A stretch of 64,000 bases of DNA from Eledone cirrhosa (Eukaryota). The notes under the pieces are model-generated. The model worked only from the letters and a program-made list of their open reading frames with translations, was not told the origin of the DNA and did no database searches. The position numbers and the translations under genes are program-made. The DNA is taken from NCBI GenBank assembly GCA_964016885.1, contig OZ024756.1, forward strand, positions 1,736,001 through 1,800,000, read 5' to 3'. Of this stretch, positions 10,591-25,079 are shown piece by piece (the stretch's first letter is position 1; each line of letters opens with the position of its first letter).

Positions 10591-13500
10591 CAGTGTCAGT
10601 GATCTCGTCCTCCGTCTTGCTGTCTTCAGTACATCTATGAAGTGTGCAGTGTCAGTGATCTGGTCCTCTGTCTTGCTGTCTTCAGTTCATCTATGAAGTG
10701 TGCAGTGTCAGTGATCTGGTCCTCTGTCTTGCTGTCTTCAGTACATCTATGATGTGTGCAGTGTCAGTGATCTGGTCCTCTGTCTTGCTGTCTTCAGTTC
10801 ATCTGTGAAGTGTGCAGTGTCAGTGATCTGGTCCTCTGTCTTGCTGTTTTCAGTACATCTATGAAGTGTGCAGTGTCAGTGATCTGGTCCTCTGTCTTGC
10901 TATCTTCAGTTCATCTATGAAGTGTGCAGTGTCAGTGATCTGGTCCTCCGTCTTGCTGTTTTCAGTACATCTATGAAGTGTGCAGTGTCAGTGATCTGGT
11001 CCTCTGTCTTGCTGTCTTCAGTACATCTATGAAGTGTGCAGTGTCAGTGATATGGTCCTCTGTGTTGCTGTCTTCAGTACAATTATGAAGTGTGCAGTGT
11101 CAGTGATCTGGTCCTCTGTGTTGCTGTCTTCAGTACATTTATGAAGTGTGCAGTGTCAGTGATCTGGTCATCTGTCTTGCTGTCTTCAGTTCATCTATGA
11201 AGTGTGCAGTTTCAGTGATCAGGTCCTCTCTCTTGCTGTCTTCAGTTCATCTATGAAGTGTGCAGTGTCAGTGATCTGGTCCTCTGTCTTGCTGTCTTCA
11301 GTTCATCTATGAAGTGTGCAGTGTCAGTGATCTGGTCCTCTGTTTTGCTGTCTTCAGTTCATCCATGAAGTGTGCAGTGTCAGTGACCTGGTCCTCTGTC
11401 TTGCTGTCTTCAGTTCATCTGTGAAGTGTGCAGTGTCAGTGATCTGGTCCTCTGTCTTGCTGTCTTCAGTACATCTATGAAGTGTGCAGTGTCAGTGATC
11501 TGGTCCTCTGTCTGGCTGTCTTCAGTTCATCTATGAAGTGTGCAGTGTCAGTGATCTGATCCTCCGTCTTGCTGTTTTCAGTACATCTATGAAGTGTGCA
11601 GTGTCAGGGATCTGGTCCTCTGTCTTGCTGTCTTCAGTTCATCTATGAAGTGTGCAGTGTCAGTGATCTGGTCCTATGTATTGCTGTCTTCAGTTCATTT
11701 ATGAAGTGTGCAGTGTCAGTTATCTGGTCCTCTCTCTTGCTGTCTTCAGTTCATCTATGAAGTGTGCAGTGTCAGTGATCTGGTCCTCTGTCTTGCTGTC
11801 TTCAGTACATCTATGAAGTGTGCAGTGTCAGTGATCTGGTCCTCTGTCTTGCTGTCTTCAGTTCATCTATGAAGTGTGCAGTGTCAGTGATCTGGTCCTT
11901 TGTCTTGCTGTCTTCAGTTCATCTATGAAGTGTGCAGTGTCAGTGATCTGGTCCTCTGTCTTGCTGTCTTCAGTTCATCTATGAAGTGTGCAGTGTCAGT
12001 GATCAAGTCCTCCGTCTTGCTGTCTTCAGTACATCTATGAAGTGTGCAGTGTCAGTGATCTGGTCCTCTGTCTTGCTGTCTTCAGTTCATCTATGAAGTG
12101 TGCAGTGTCAGTGATCTGGTCCTCTGTCTTGCTGTCTTCAGTACATCTATGAAGTGGGCAGTGTCAGTGATCTGGTCCTCTGTCTTGCTGTCTTCAGTTC
12201 ATCTGTGAAGTGTGCAGTGTCAGTGATCTGGTCCTCTGTCTTGCTGTTTTCAGTACATCTATGAAGTGTGCAGTGTCAGTGATCTGGTCCTCTGTCTTGC
12301 TATCTTCAGTTCATCTATGAAGTGTGCAGTGTCAGTGATCTGGTCCTCCGTCTTGCTGTTTTCAGTACATCTATGAAGTGTGCAGTGTCAGTGATCTGGT
12401 CCTCTGTCTTGCTGTCTTCAGTACATCTATGAAGTGTGCAGTGTCAGTGATATGGTCCTCTGTGTTACTGTCTTCAGTACATTTATGAAGTGTGCAGTGT
12501 CAGTGATCTGGTCCTCTGTGTTGCTGTCTTCAGTACATTTATGAAGTGTGCAGTGTCAGTGATCTGGTCATCTGTCTTGCTGTCTTCAGTTCATCTATGA
12601 AGTGTGCAGTTTCAGTGATCAGGTCCTCTCTCTTGCTGTCTTCAGTTCATCTATGAAGTGTGCAGTGTCAGTGATCTGGTCCTCTGTCTTGCTGTCTTCA
12701 GTTCATCTATGAAGTGTGCAGTGTCAGTGATCTGGTCCTCTGTCTTGCTGTCTTCAGTTCATCCATGAAGTGTGCAGTGTCAGTGACCTGGTCCTCTGTC
12801 TTGCTGTCTTCAGTTCATCTGTGAAGTGTGCAGTGTCAGTGATCTGGTCCTCTGTCTTGCTGTCTTCAGTACATCTATGAAGTGTGCAGTGTCAGTGATC
12901 TGGTCCTCTGTCTGGCTGTCTTCAGTTCATCTATGAAGTGTGCAGTCTCAGTGATCTGGTCCTCCGTCTTGCTGTTTTCAGTACATCTATGAAGTGTGCA
13001 GTGTCAGGGATCTGGTCCTCTGTCTTGCTGTCTTCAGTTCATCTATGAAGTGTGCAGTGTCAGTGATCTGGTCCTATGTATTGCTGTCTTCAGTTCATTT
13101 ATGAAGTGTGCAGTGTCAGTTATCTGGTCCTCTCTCTTGCTGTCTTCAGTTCATCTATGAAGTGTGCAGTGTCAGTGATCTGGTCCTCTGTCTTGCTGTC
13201 TTCAGTACATCTATGAAGTGTGCAGTGTCAGTGATCTGGTCCTCTGTCTTGCTGTCTTCAGTTCATCTATGAAGTGTGCAGTGTCAGTGATCTGGTCCTT
13301 TGTCTTGCTGTCTTCAGTTCATCTATGAAGTGTGCAGTGTCAGTGATCTGGTCCTCTGTCTTGCTGTCTTCAGTTCATCTATGAAGTGTGCAGTGTCAGT
13401 GATCAAGTCCTCCGTCTTGCTGTCTTCAGTACATTTATGAAGTGTGCAGTGTCAGTGATCTGGTCCTCTGTCTTGCTGTCTTCAGTTCATCTATGAAGTG

Positions 13501-16500
13501 TGCAGTGTCAGTGATCTGGTCCTCTGTCTTGCTGTCTTCAGTACATCTATGAAGTGTGCAGTGTCAGTGATCTGGTCCTCTGTGTTGCTGTCTTCAGTAC
13601 ATTTATGAAGTGTGCAGTGTCAGTGATCTGGTCCTCTGTGTTGCTGTCTTCAGTACATTTATGAAGTGTGCAGTTTCAGTGATCAGGTCCTCTCTCTTGC
13701 TGTCTTCAGTTCATCTATGAAGTGTGCAGTGTCAGTGATCTGGTCCTCTGTCTTGCTGTCTTCAGTTCATCTATGAAGTGTGCAGTGTCAGTGATCTGGT
13801 CCTCTGTCTTGCTGTCTTCAGTTCATCTATGAAGTGTGCAGTGTCAGTGATCTGGTCCTCTGTCTTGCTGTCTTCAGTACATCTATGAAGTGTGCAGTGT
13901 CAGTGATCTGGTCCTCTGTGTTGCTGTCTTCAGTACATCTATGAAGTGTGCAGTGTCAGTGATCTGGTCCTCTGTGTTGCTGTCTTCAGTACATTTATGA
14001 AGTGTGCAGTGTCAGTGATCTGGTCATCTGTCTTGCTGTCTTCAGTTCATCTATGAAGTGTGCAGTTTCAGTGATCAGGTCCTCTCTCTTGCTGTCTTCA
14101 GTTCATCTATGAAGTGTGCAGTGTCAGTGATCTGGTCCTCTGTCTTGCTGTCTTCAGTTCATCTATGAAGTGTGCAGTGTCAGTGATCTGGTCCTCTGTC
14201 TTGCTGTCTTCAGTTCATCCATGAAGTGTGCAGTGTCAGTGACCTGGTCCTCTGTCTTGCTGTCTTCAGTTCATCTGTGAAGTGTGCAGTGTCAGTGATC
14301 TGGTCCTCTGTCTTGCTGTCTTCAGTACATCTATGAAGTGTGCAGTGTCAGTGATCTGGTCCTCTGTCTGGCTGTCTTCAGTTCATCTATGAAGTGTGCA
14401 GTGTCAGTGATCTGGTCCTCCGTCTTGCTGTTTTCAGTACATCTATGAAGTGTGCAGTGTCAGGGATCTGGTCCTCTGTCTTGCTGTCTTCAGTTCATCT
14501 ATGAAGTGTGCAGTGTCAGTGATCTGGTCCTATGTATTGCTGTCTTCAGTTCATTTATGAAGTGTGCAGTGTCAGTTATCTGGTCCTCTCTCTTGCTGTC
14601 TTCAGTTCATCTATGAAGTGTGCAGTGTCAGTGATCTGGTCCTCTGTCTTGCTGTCTTCAGTACATCTATGAAGTGTGCAGTGTCAGTGATCTGGTCCTC
14701 TGTCTTGCTGTCTTCAGTTCATCTATGAAGTGTGCAGTGTCAGTGATCTGGTCCTTTGTCTTGCTGTCTTCAGTTCATCTATGAAGTGTGCAGTGTCAGT
14801 GATCTGGTCCTCTGTCTTGCTGTCTTCAGTTCATCTATGAAGTGTGCAGTGTCAGTGATCAAGTCCTCCGTCTTGCTGTCTTCAGTACATCTATGAAGTG
14901 TGCAGTGTCAGTGATCTGGTCCTCTGTCTTGCTGTCTTCAGTTCATCTATGAAGTGTGCAGTGTCAGTGATCTGGTCCTCTGTCTTGCTGTCTTCAGTAC
15001 ATCTATGAAGTGTGCAGTGTCAGTGATCTGGTCCTCTGTCTTGCTGTCTTCAGTTCATCTATGAAGTGTGCAGTGTCAGTGATCAAGTCCTCCGTCTTGC
15101 TGTCTTCAGTACATCTATGAAGTGTGCAGTGTCAGTGATCTGGTCCTCTGTCTTGCTGTCTTCAGTTCATCTATGAAGTGTGCAGTGTCAGTGATCTGGT
15201 CCTCTGTCTTGCTGTCTTCAGTACATCTATGAAGTGGGCAGTGTCAGTGATCTGGTCCTCTGTCTTGCTGTCTTCAGTTCATCTGTGAAGTGTGCAGTGT
15301 CAGTGATCTGGTCCTCTGTCTTGCTGTTTTCAGTACATCTATGAAGTGTGCAGTGTCAGTGATCTGGTCCTCTGTCTTGCTATCTTCAGTTCATCTATGA
15401 AGTGTGCAGTGTCAGTGATCTGGTCCTCCGTCTTGCTGTTTTCAGTACATCTATGAAGTGTGCAGTGTCAGTGATCTGGTCCTCTGTCTTGCTGTCTTCA
15501 GTACATCTATGAAGTGTGCAGTGTCAGTGATATGGTCCTCTGTGTTACTGTCTTCAGTACATTTATGAAGTGTGCAGTGTCAGTGATCTGGTCCTCTGTG
15601 TTGCTGTCTTCAGTACATTTATGAAGTGTGCAGTGTCAGTGATCTGGTCATCTGTCTTGCTGTCTTCAGTTCATCTATGAAGTGTGCAGTTTCAGTGATC
15701 AGGTCCTCTCTCTTGCTGTCTTCAGTTCATCTATGAAGTGTGCAGTGTCAGTGATCTGCTCCTCTGTCTTGCTGTCTTCAGTTCATCTATGAAGTGTGCA
15801 GTGTCAGTGATCTGGTCCTCTGTCTTGCTGTCTTCAGTTCATCCATGAAGTGTGCAGTGTCAGTGACCTGGTCCTCTGTCTTGCTGTCTTCAGTTCATCT
15901 GTGAAGTGTGCAGTGTCAGTGATCTGGTCCTCTGTCTTGCTGTCTTCAGTACATCTATGAAGTGTGCAGTGTCAGTGATCTGGTCCTCTGTCTGGCTGTC
16001 TTCAGTTCATCTATGAAGTGTGCAGTGTCAGTGATCTGGTCCTCCGTCTTGCTGTTTTCAGTACATCTATGAAGTGTGCAGTGTCAGGGATCTGGTCCTC
16101 TGTCTTGCTGTCTTCAGTTCATCTATGAAGTGTGCAGTGTCAGTGATCTGGTCCTATGTATTGCTGTCTTCAGTTCATTTATGAAGTGTGCAGTGTCAGT
16201 TATCTGGTCCTCTCTCTTGCTGTCTTCAGTTCATCTATGAAGTGTGCAGTGTCAGTGATCTGGTCCTCTGTCTTGCTGTCTTCAGTACATCTATGAAGTG
16301 TGCAGTGTCAGTGATCTGGTCCTCTGTCTTGCTGTCTTCAGTTCATCTATGAAGTGTGCAGTGTCAGTGATCTGGTCCTTTGTCTTGCTGTCTTCAGTTC
16401 ATCTATGAAGTGTGCAGTGTCAGTGATCTGGTCCTCTGTCTTGCTGTCTTCAGTTCATCTATGAAGTGTGCAGTGTCAGTGATCAAGTCCTCCGTCTTGC

Positions 16501-19500
16501 TGTCTTCAGTACATTTATGAAGTGTGCAGTGTCAGTGATCTGGTCCTCTGTCTTGCTGTCTTCAGTTCATCTATGAAGTGTGCAGTGTCAGTGATCTGGT
16601 CCTCTGTCTTGCTGTCTTCAGTACATCTATGAAGTGTGCAGTGTCAGTGATCTGGTCCTCTGTGTTGCTGTCTTCAGTACATTTATGAAGTGTGCAGTGT
16701 CAGTGATCTGGTCCTCTGTGTTGCTGTCTTCAGTACATTTATGAAGTGTGCAGTTTCAGTGATCAGGTCCTCTCTCTTGCTGTCTTCAGTTCATCTATGA
16801 AGTGTGCAGTGTCAGTGATCTGGTCCTCTGTGTTGCTGTCTTCAGTACATCTATGAAGTGTGCAGTGTCAGTGATCTGGTCCTCTGTGTTGCTGTCTTCA
16901 GTACATTTATGAAGTGTGCAGTGTCAGTGATCTGGTCATCTGTCTTGCTGTCTTCAGTTCATCTATGAAGTGTGCAGTTTCAGTGATCAGGTCCTCTCTC
17001 TTGCTGTCTTCAGTTCATCTATGAAGTGTGCAGTGTCAGTGATCTGGTCCTCTGTCTTGCTGTCTTCAGTTCATCTATGAAGTGTGCAGTGTCAGTGATC
17101 TGGTCCTCTGTCTTGCTGTCTTCAGTTCATCCATGAAGTGTGCAGTGTCAGTGACCTGGTCCTCTGTCTTGCTGTCTTCAGTTCATCTGTGAAGTGTGCA
17201 GTGTCAGTGATCTGGTCCTCTGTCTTGCTGTCTTCAGTACATCTATGAAGTGTGCAGTGTCAGTGATCTGGTCCTCTGTCTGGCTGTCTTCAGTTCATCT
17301 ATGAAGTGTGCAGTGTCAGTGATCTGGTCCTCCGTCTTGCTGTTTTCAGTACATCTATGAAGTGTGCAGTGTCAGGGATCTGGTCCTCTGTCTTGCTGTC
17401 TTCAGTTCATCTATGAAGTGTGCAGTGTCAGTGATCTGGTCCTATGTATTGCTGTCTTCAGTTCATTTATGAAGTGTGCAGTGTCAGTTATCTGGTCCTC
17501 TCTCTTGCTGTCTTCAGTTCATCTATGAAGTGTGCAGTGTCAGTGATCTGGTCCTCTGTCTTGCTGTCTTCAGTACATCTATGAAGTGTGCAGTGTCAGT
17601 GATCTGGTCCTCTGTCTTGCTGTCTTCAGTTCATCTATGAAGTGTGCAGTGTCAGTGATCTGGTCCTTTGTCTTGCTGTCTTCAGTTCATCTATGAAGTG
17701 TGCAGTGTCAGTGATCTGGTCCTCTGTCTTGCTGTCTTCAGTTCATCTATGAAGTGTGCAGTGTCAGTGATCAAGTCCTCCGTCTTGCTGTCTTCAGTAC
17801 ATCTATGAAGTGTGCAGTGTCAGTGATCTGGTCCTCTGTCTTGCTGTCTTCAGTTCATCTATGAAGTGTGCAGTGTCAGTGATCTGGTCCTCTGTCTTGC
17901 TGTCTTCAGTACATCTATGAAGTGTGCAGTGTCAGTGATCTGGTCCTCTGTCTTGCTGTCTTCAGTTCATCTGTGAAGTGTGCAGTGTCAGTGATCTGGT
18001 CCTCTGTCTTGCTGTTTTCAGTACATCTATGAAGTGTGCAGTGTCAGTGATCTGGTCCTCTGTCTTGCTATCTTCAGTTCACCTATGAAGTGTGCAGTGT
18101 CAGTGATCTGGTCCTCCGTCTTGCTGTTTTCAGTACATCTATGAAGTGTGCAGTGTCAGTGATCTGGTCCTCTGTCTTGCTCTCTTCAGTACATCTATGA
18201 AGTGTGCAGTGTCAGTGATATGGTCCTCTGTGTTGCTGTCTTCAGTACATTTATGAAGTGTGCAGTGTCAGTGATCTGGTCCTCTGTGTTGCTGTCTTCA
18301 GTACATTTATGAAGTGTGCAGTGTCAGTGATCTGGTCATCTGTCTTGCTGTCTTCAGTTCATCTATGAAGTGTGCAGTTTCAGTGATCAGGTCCTCTCTC
18401 TTGCTGTCTTCAGTTCATCTATGAAGTGTGCAGTGTCAGTGATCTGGTCCTCTGTCTTGCTGTCTTCAGTTCATCTATGAAGTGTGCAGTGTCAGTGATC
18501 TGGTCCTCTGTTTTGCTGTCTTCAGTTCATCCATGAAGTGTGCAGTGTCAGTGACCTGGTCCTCTGTCTTGCTGTCTTCAGTTCATCTGTGAAGTGTGCA
18601 GTGTCAGTGATCTGGTCCTCTGTCTTGCTGTCTTCAGTACATCTATGAAGTGTGCAGTGTCAGTGATCTGGTCCTCTGTCTGGCTGTCTTCAGTTCATCT
18701 ATGAAGTGTGCAGTGTCAGTGATCTGGTCCTCCGTCTTGCTGTTTTCAGTACATCTATGAAGTGTGCAGTGTCAGGGATCTGGTCCTCTGTCTTGCTGTC
18801 TTCAGTTCATCTATGAAGTGTGCAGTGTCAGTGATCTGGTCCTATGTATTGCTGTCTTCAGTTCATTTATGAAGTGTGCAGTGTCAGTTATCTGGTCCTC
18901 TCTCTTGCTGTCTTCAGTTCACCTATGAAGTGTGCAGTGTCAGTGATCTGGTCCTCTGTCTTGCTGTCTTCAGTACATCTATGAAGTGTGCAGTGTCAGT
19001 GATCTGGTCCTCTGTCTTGCTGTCTTCAGTTCATCTATGAAGTGTGCAGTGTCAGTGATCTGGTCCTTTGTCTTGCTGTCTTCAGTTCATCTATGAAGTG
19101 TGCAGTGTCAGTGATCTGGTCCTCTGTCTTGCTGTCTTCAGTTCATCTATGAAGTGTGCAGTGTCAGTGATCAAGTCCTCCGTCTTGCTGTCTTCAGTAC
19201 ATCTATGAAGTGTGCAGTGTCAGTGATCTGGTCCTCTGTCTTGCTGTCTTCAGTTCATCTATGAAGTGTGCAGTGTCAGTGATCTGGTCCTCTGTCTTGC
19301 TGTCTTCAGTACATCTATGAAGTGGGCAGTGTCAGTGATCTGGTCCTCTGTCTTGCTGTCTTCAGTTCATCTGTGAAGTGTGCAGTGTCAGTGATCTGGT
19401 CCTCTGTCTTGCTGTTTTCAGTACATCTATGAAGTGTGCAGTGTCAGTGATCTGGTCCTCTGTCTTGCTATCTTCAGTTCATCTATGAAGTGTGCAGTGT

Positions 19501-22500
19501 CAGTGATCTGGTCCTCCGTCTTGCTGTTTTCAGTACATCTATGAAGTGTGCAGTGTCAGTGATCTGGTCCTCTGTCTTGCTGTCTTCAGTACATCTATGA
19601 AGTGTGCAGTGTCAGTGATATGGTCCTCTGTGTTACTGTCTTCAGTACATTTATGAAGTGTGCAGTGTCAGTGATCTGGTCCTCTGTGTTGCTGTCTTCA
19701 GTACATTTATGAAGTGTGCAGTGTCAGTGATCTGGTCATCTGTCTTGCTGTCTTCAGTTCATCTATGAAGTGTGCAGTTTCAGTGATCAGGTCCTCTCTC
19801 TTGCTGTCTTCAGTTCATCTATGAAGTGTGCAGTGTCAGTGATCTGCTCCTCTGTCTTGCTGTCTTCAGTTCATCTATGAAGTGTGCAGTGTCAGTGATC
19901 TGGTCCTCTGCCTTGCTGTCTTCAGTTCATCCATGAAGTGTGCAGTGTCAGTGACCTGGTCCTCTGTCTTGCTGTCTTCAGTTCATCTGTGAAGTGTGCA
20001 GTGTCAGTGATCTGGTCCTCTGTCTTGCTGTCTTCAGTACATCTATGAAGTGTGCAGTGTCAGTGATCTGGTCCTCTGTCTGGCTGTCTTCAGTTCATCT
20101 ATGAAGTGTGCAGTGTCAGTGATCTGGTCCTCCGTCTTGCTGTTTTCAGTACATCTATGAAGTGTGCAGTGTCAGGGATCTGGTCCTCTGTCTTGCTGTC
20201 TTCAGTTCATCTATGAAGTGTGCAGTGTCAGTGATCTGGTCCTATGTATTGCTGTCTTCAGTTCATTTATGAAGTGTGCAGTGTCAGTTATCTGGTCCTC
20301 TCTCTTGCTGTCTTCAGTTCATCTATGAAGTGTGCAGTGTCAGTGATCTGGTCCTCTGTCTTGCTGTCTTCAGTACATCTATGAAGTGTGCAGTGTCAGT
20401 GATCTGGTCCTCTGTCTTGCTGTCTTCAGTTCATCTATGAAGTGTGCAGTGTCAGTGATCTGGTCCTTTGTCTTGCTGTCTTCAGTTCATCTATGAAGTG
20501 TGCAGTGTCAGTGATCTGGTCCTCTGTCTTGCTGTCTTCAGTTCATCTATGAAGTGTGCAGTGTCAGTGATCAAGTCCTCCGTCTTGCTGTCTTCAGTAC
20601 ATTTATGAAGTGTGCAGTGTCAGTGATCTGGTCCTCTGTCTTGCTGTCTTCAGTTCATCTATGAAGTGTGCAGTGTCAGTGATCTGGTCCTCTGTCTTGC
20701 TGTCTTCAGTACATCTATGAAGTGTGCAGTGTCAGTGATCTGGTCCTCTGTGTTGCTGTCTTCATTACATTTATGAAGTGTGCAGTGTCAGTGATCTGGT
20801 CCTCTGTGTTGCTGTCTTCAGTACATTTATGAAGTGTGCAGTTTCAGTGATCAGGTCCTCTCTCTTGCTGTCTTCAGTTCATCTATGAAGTGTGCAGTGT
20901 CAGTGATCTGGTCCTCTGTCTTGCTGTCTTCAGTTCATCTATGAAGTGTGCAGTGTCAGTGATCTGGTCCTCTGTCTTGCTGTCTTCAGTTCATCTATGA
21001 AGTGTGCAGTGTCAGTGATCTGGTCCTCTGTCTTGCTGTCTTCAGTACATCTATGAAGTGTGCAGTGTCAGTGATCTGGTCCTCTGTGTTGCTGTCTTCA
21101 GTTCATCTATGAAGTGTGCAGTGTCAGTGATCTGGTCCTCTGTCTTGCTGTCTTCAGTTCATCCATGAAGTGTGCAGTGTCAGTGACCTGGTCCTCTGTC
21201 TTGCTGTCTTCAGTTCATCTGTGAAGTGTGCAGTGTCAGTGATCTGGTCCTCTGTCTTGCTGTCTTCAGTACATCTATGAAGTGTGCAGTGTCAGTGATC
21301 TGGTCCTCTGTCTGGCTGTCTTCAGTTCATCTACGAAGTGTGCAGTGTCAGTGATCTGGTCCTCCGTCTTGCTGTTTTCAGTACATCTATGAAGTGTGCA
21401 GTGTCAGGGATCTGGTCCTCTGTCTTGCTGTCTTCAGTTCATCTATGAAGTGTGCAGTGTCAGTGATCTGGTCCTATGTATTGCTGTCTTCAGTTCATTT
21501 ATGAAGTGTGCAGTGTCAGTTATCTGGTCCTCTCTCTTGCTGTCTTCAGTTCATCTATGAAGTGTGCAGTGTCAGTGATCTGGTCCTCTGTCTTGCTGTC
21601 TTCAGTACATCTATGAAGTGTGCAGTGTCAGTGATCTGGTCCTCTGTCTTGCTGTCTTCAGTTCATCTATGAAGTGTGCAGTGTCAGTGATCTGGTCCTT
21701 TGTCTTGCTGTCTTCAGTTCATTTATGAAGTGTGCAGTGTCAGTGATCTGGTCCTCTGTCTTGCTGTCTTCAGTTCATCTATGAAGTGTGCAGTGTCAGT
21801 GATCAAGTCCTCCGTCTTGCTGTCTTCAGTACATCTATGAAGTGTGCAGTGTCAGTGATCTGGTCCTCTGTCTTGCTGTCTTCAGTTCATCTATGAAGTG
21901 TGCAGTGTCAGTGATCTGGTCCTCTGTCTTGCTGTCTTCAGTACATCTATGAAGTGTGCAGTGTCAGTGATCTGGTCCTCTGTCTTGCTGTCTTCAGTTC
22001 ATCTGTGAAGTGTGCAGTGTCAGTGATCTGGTCCTCTGTCTTGCTGTTTTCAGTACATCTATGAAGTGTGCAGTGTCAGTGATCTGGTCCTCTGTCTTGC
22101 TATCTTCAGTTCATCTATGAAGTGTGCAGTGTCAGTGATCTGGTCCTCCGTCTTGCTGTTTTCAGTACATCTATGAAGTGTGCAGTGTCAGTGATCTGGT
22201 CCTCTGTCTTGCTGTCTTCAGTACATCTATGAAGTGTGCAGTGTCAGTGATATGGTCCTCTGTGTTACTGTCTTCAGTACATTTATGAAGTGTGCAGTGT
22301 CAGTGATCTGGTCATCTGTCTTGCTGTCTTCAGTTCATCTATGAAGTGTGCAGTTTCAGTGATCAGGTCCTCTCTCTTGCTGTCTTCAGTTCATCTATGA
22401 AGTGTGCAGTGTCAGTGATCTGGTCCTCTGTCTTGCTGTCTTCAGTTCATCTATGAAGTGTGCAGTGTCAGTGATCTGGTCCTCTGTCTTGCTGTCTTCA

Positions 22501-24250
22501 GTTCATCCATGAAGTGTGCAGTGTCAGTGACCTGGTCCTCTGTCTTGCTGTCTTCAGTTCATCTGTGAAGTGTGCAGTGTCAGTGATCTGGTCCTCTGTC
22601 TTGCTGTCTTCAGTACATCTATGATGTGTGCAGTGTCAGTGATCTGGTCCTCTGTCTGGCTGTCTTCAGTTCATCTATGAAGTGTGCAGTGTCAGTGATC
22701 TGGTCCTCCGTCTTGCTGTTTTCAGTACATCTATGAAGTGTGCAGTGTCAGGGATCTGGTCCTCTGTCTTGCTGTCTTCAGTTCATCTATGAAGTGTGCA
22801 GTGTCAGTGATCTGGTCCTATGTATTGCTGTCTTCAGTTCATTTATCAAGTGTGCAGTGTCAGTTATCTGGTCCTCTCTCTTGCTGTCTTCAGTTCATCT
22901 ATGAAGTGTGCAGTGTCAGTGATCTGGTCCTCTGTCTTGCTGTCTTCAGTACATCTATGAAGTGTGCAGTGTCAGTGATCTGGTCCTCTGTCTTGCTGTC
23001 TTCAGTTCATCTATGAAGTGTGCAGTGTCAGTGATCTGGTCCTTTGTCTTGCTGTCTTCAGTTCATCTATGAAGTGTGCAGTGTCAGTGATCTGGTCCTC
23101 TGTCTTGCTGTCTTCAGTTCATCTATGAAGTGTGCAGTGTCAGTGATCAAGTCCTCCGTCTTGCTGTCTTCAGTACATTTATGAAGTGTGCAGTGTCAGT
23201 GATCTGGTCCTCTGTCTTGCTGTCTTCAGTTCATCTATGAAGTGTGCAGTGTCAGTGATCTGGTCCTCTGTCTTGCTGTCTTCAGTACATCTATGAAGTG
23301 TGCAGTGTCAGTGATCTGGTCCTCTGTCTTGCTGTCTTCAGTTCATCTGTGAAGTGTGCAGTGTCAGTGATCTGGTCCTCTGTCTTGCTGTTTTCAGTAC
23401 ATCTATGAAGTGTGCAGTGTCAGTGATCTGGTCCTCTGTCTTGCTATCTTCAGTTCATCTATGAAGTGTGCAGTGTCAGTGATCTGGTCCTCCGTCTTGC
23501 TGTTTTCAGTACATCTATGAAGTGTGCAGTGTCAGTGATCTGGTCCTCTGTCTTGCTGTCTTCAGTACATCTATGAAGTGTGCAGTGTCAGTGATATGGT
23601 CCTCTGTGTTACTGTCTTCAGTACATTTATGAAGTGTGCAGTGTCAGTGATCTGGTCCTCTGTGTTGCTGTCTTCAGTACATTTATGAAGTGTGCAGTGT
23701 CAGTGATCTGGTCATCTGTCTTGCTGTCTTCAGTTCATCTATGAAGTGTGCAGTGTCAGTGATCTGGTCCTCTGTCTTGCTGTCTTCAGTACATCTATGA
23801 AGTGTGCAGTGTCAGTGATCTGGTCCTCTGTCTTGCTGTCTTCAGTTCATCTGTGAAGTGTGCAGTGTCAGTGATCTGGTCCTCTGTCTTGCTGTTTTCA
23901 GTACATCTATGAAGTGTGCAGTGTCAGTGATCTGGTCCTCTGTCTTGCTATCTTCAGTTCATCTATGAAGTGTGCAGTGTCAGTGATCTGGTCCTCCGTC
24001 TTGCTGTTTTCAGTACATCTATGAAGTGTGCAGTGTCAGTGATCTGGTCCTCTGTCTTGCTGTCTTCAGTACATATATGAAGTGTGCAGTGTCAGTGATA
24101 TGGTCCTCTGTGTTGCTGTCTTCAGTACATTTATGAAGTGTGCAGTGTCAGTGATCTGGTCCTCTGTGTTGCTGTCTTCAGTACATTTATGAAGTGTGCA
24201 GTGTCAGTGATCTGGTCATCTGTCTTGCTGTCTTCAGTTCATCTATGAAG
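10590..24250 (+). repeat. Higher-order repeat domain 1: ~25-mer (1400-bp) HOR, about 9-10 copies with length variants
   Basis: The marker gatcaagtcctccg is at 12001, 13401, 14857, 15081, 16481, 17769, 19169, 20569, 21801 and 23145. The marker gtcctatgtattg is at 11671, 13071, 14527, 16151, 17439, 18839, 20239, 21471 and 22815. The modal spacing is 1400 bp and all spacings are multiples of 56. Confidence 0.92.
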
Positions 24251-25079
24251 TGTGCAGTGTCAGTGATCTGGTCCTCTGTCTTGCTGTCTTCAGTTCATCT
24301 ATGAAGTGTGCAGTGTCAGTGATCTTGTCCTCTGTCTTGCTGTCTTCAGTTCATCTATGAAGTGTGCAGTGTCAGTGATCTGGTCCTCTGTCTTGCTGTC
24401 TTCAGTACATCTATGAAGTGTGCAGTGTCAGTTATCTGGTCCTCTGTCTTGCTGTCTTCAGTTCATCTGTGAAGTGTGCAGTGTCAGTGATCTGGCCCTC
24501 TGTCTTGCTGTCTTCAGTACATCTATGAAGTGTGCAGTGTCAGTGATCTGGTCCTCTGTCTTGCTGTCTTCAGTTCATCTATGAAGTGTGCAGTGTCAGT
24601 GATCTGGTCCTCGGTCTTGTTGTTTTCAGTACATCTATGAAGGGTGCAGTGTCAGTGATCTGGTCCTCTGTCTTGCTGTCTTCAGTACATCTATGAATTG
24701 TGCAGTGTCAGGGATCTGGCCCTCTGTCTTGCTGTCTTCAGTTCATCTATGAAGTGTGCAGTGTCAGTGATCTGGTCCTCTGTCTTGCTGTCTTCAGTAC
24801 ATCTATGAAGTGTGCAGGGTCAGTGATCTGGTCCTCTGTCTTGCTGTCTTCAGTTCATCTATGAAGTGTGCAGTGTCAGTGATCTGGTCCTCTGTCTTGC
24901 TGTCTTCAGTTCATCTATGAAGTGTGCAGTGTCAGTGATCTGGCCCTCTGTCTTGCTGTCTTCAGTACATTTATGAAGTGTGCAGTGTCAGTGATCTGGT
25001 CCTCTGTCTTGCTGTCTTCAGTACATCTATGAAGTGTGCAGTGTCAGTGATCTGGTCATCTGTCTTGCTGTCTTCAGTT

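Noticed and set aside
22738-23016. 92-aa Cys/Ser/Val-rich ORF
   Set aside because: It is a translation of the satellite. The 56-bp unit cycles through all frames with two TGA stops per trimer, and here chance variants (ttatcaag, cagttatc) remove them. It has a GTG start, no gene context and no recognisable domain.
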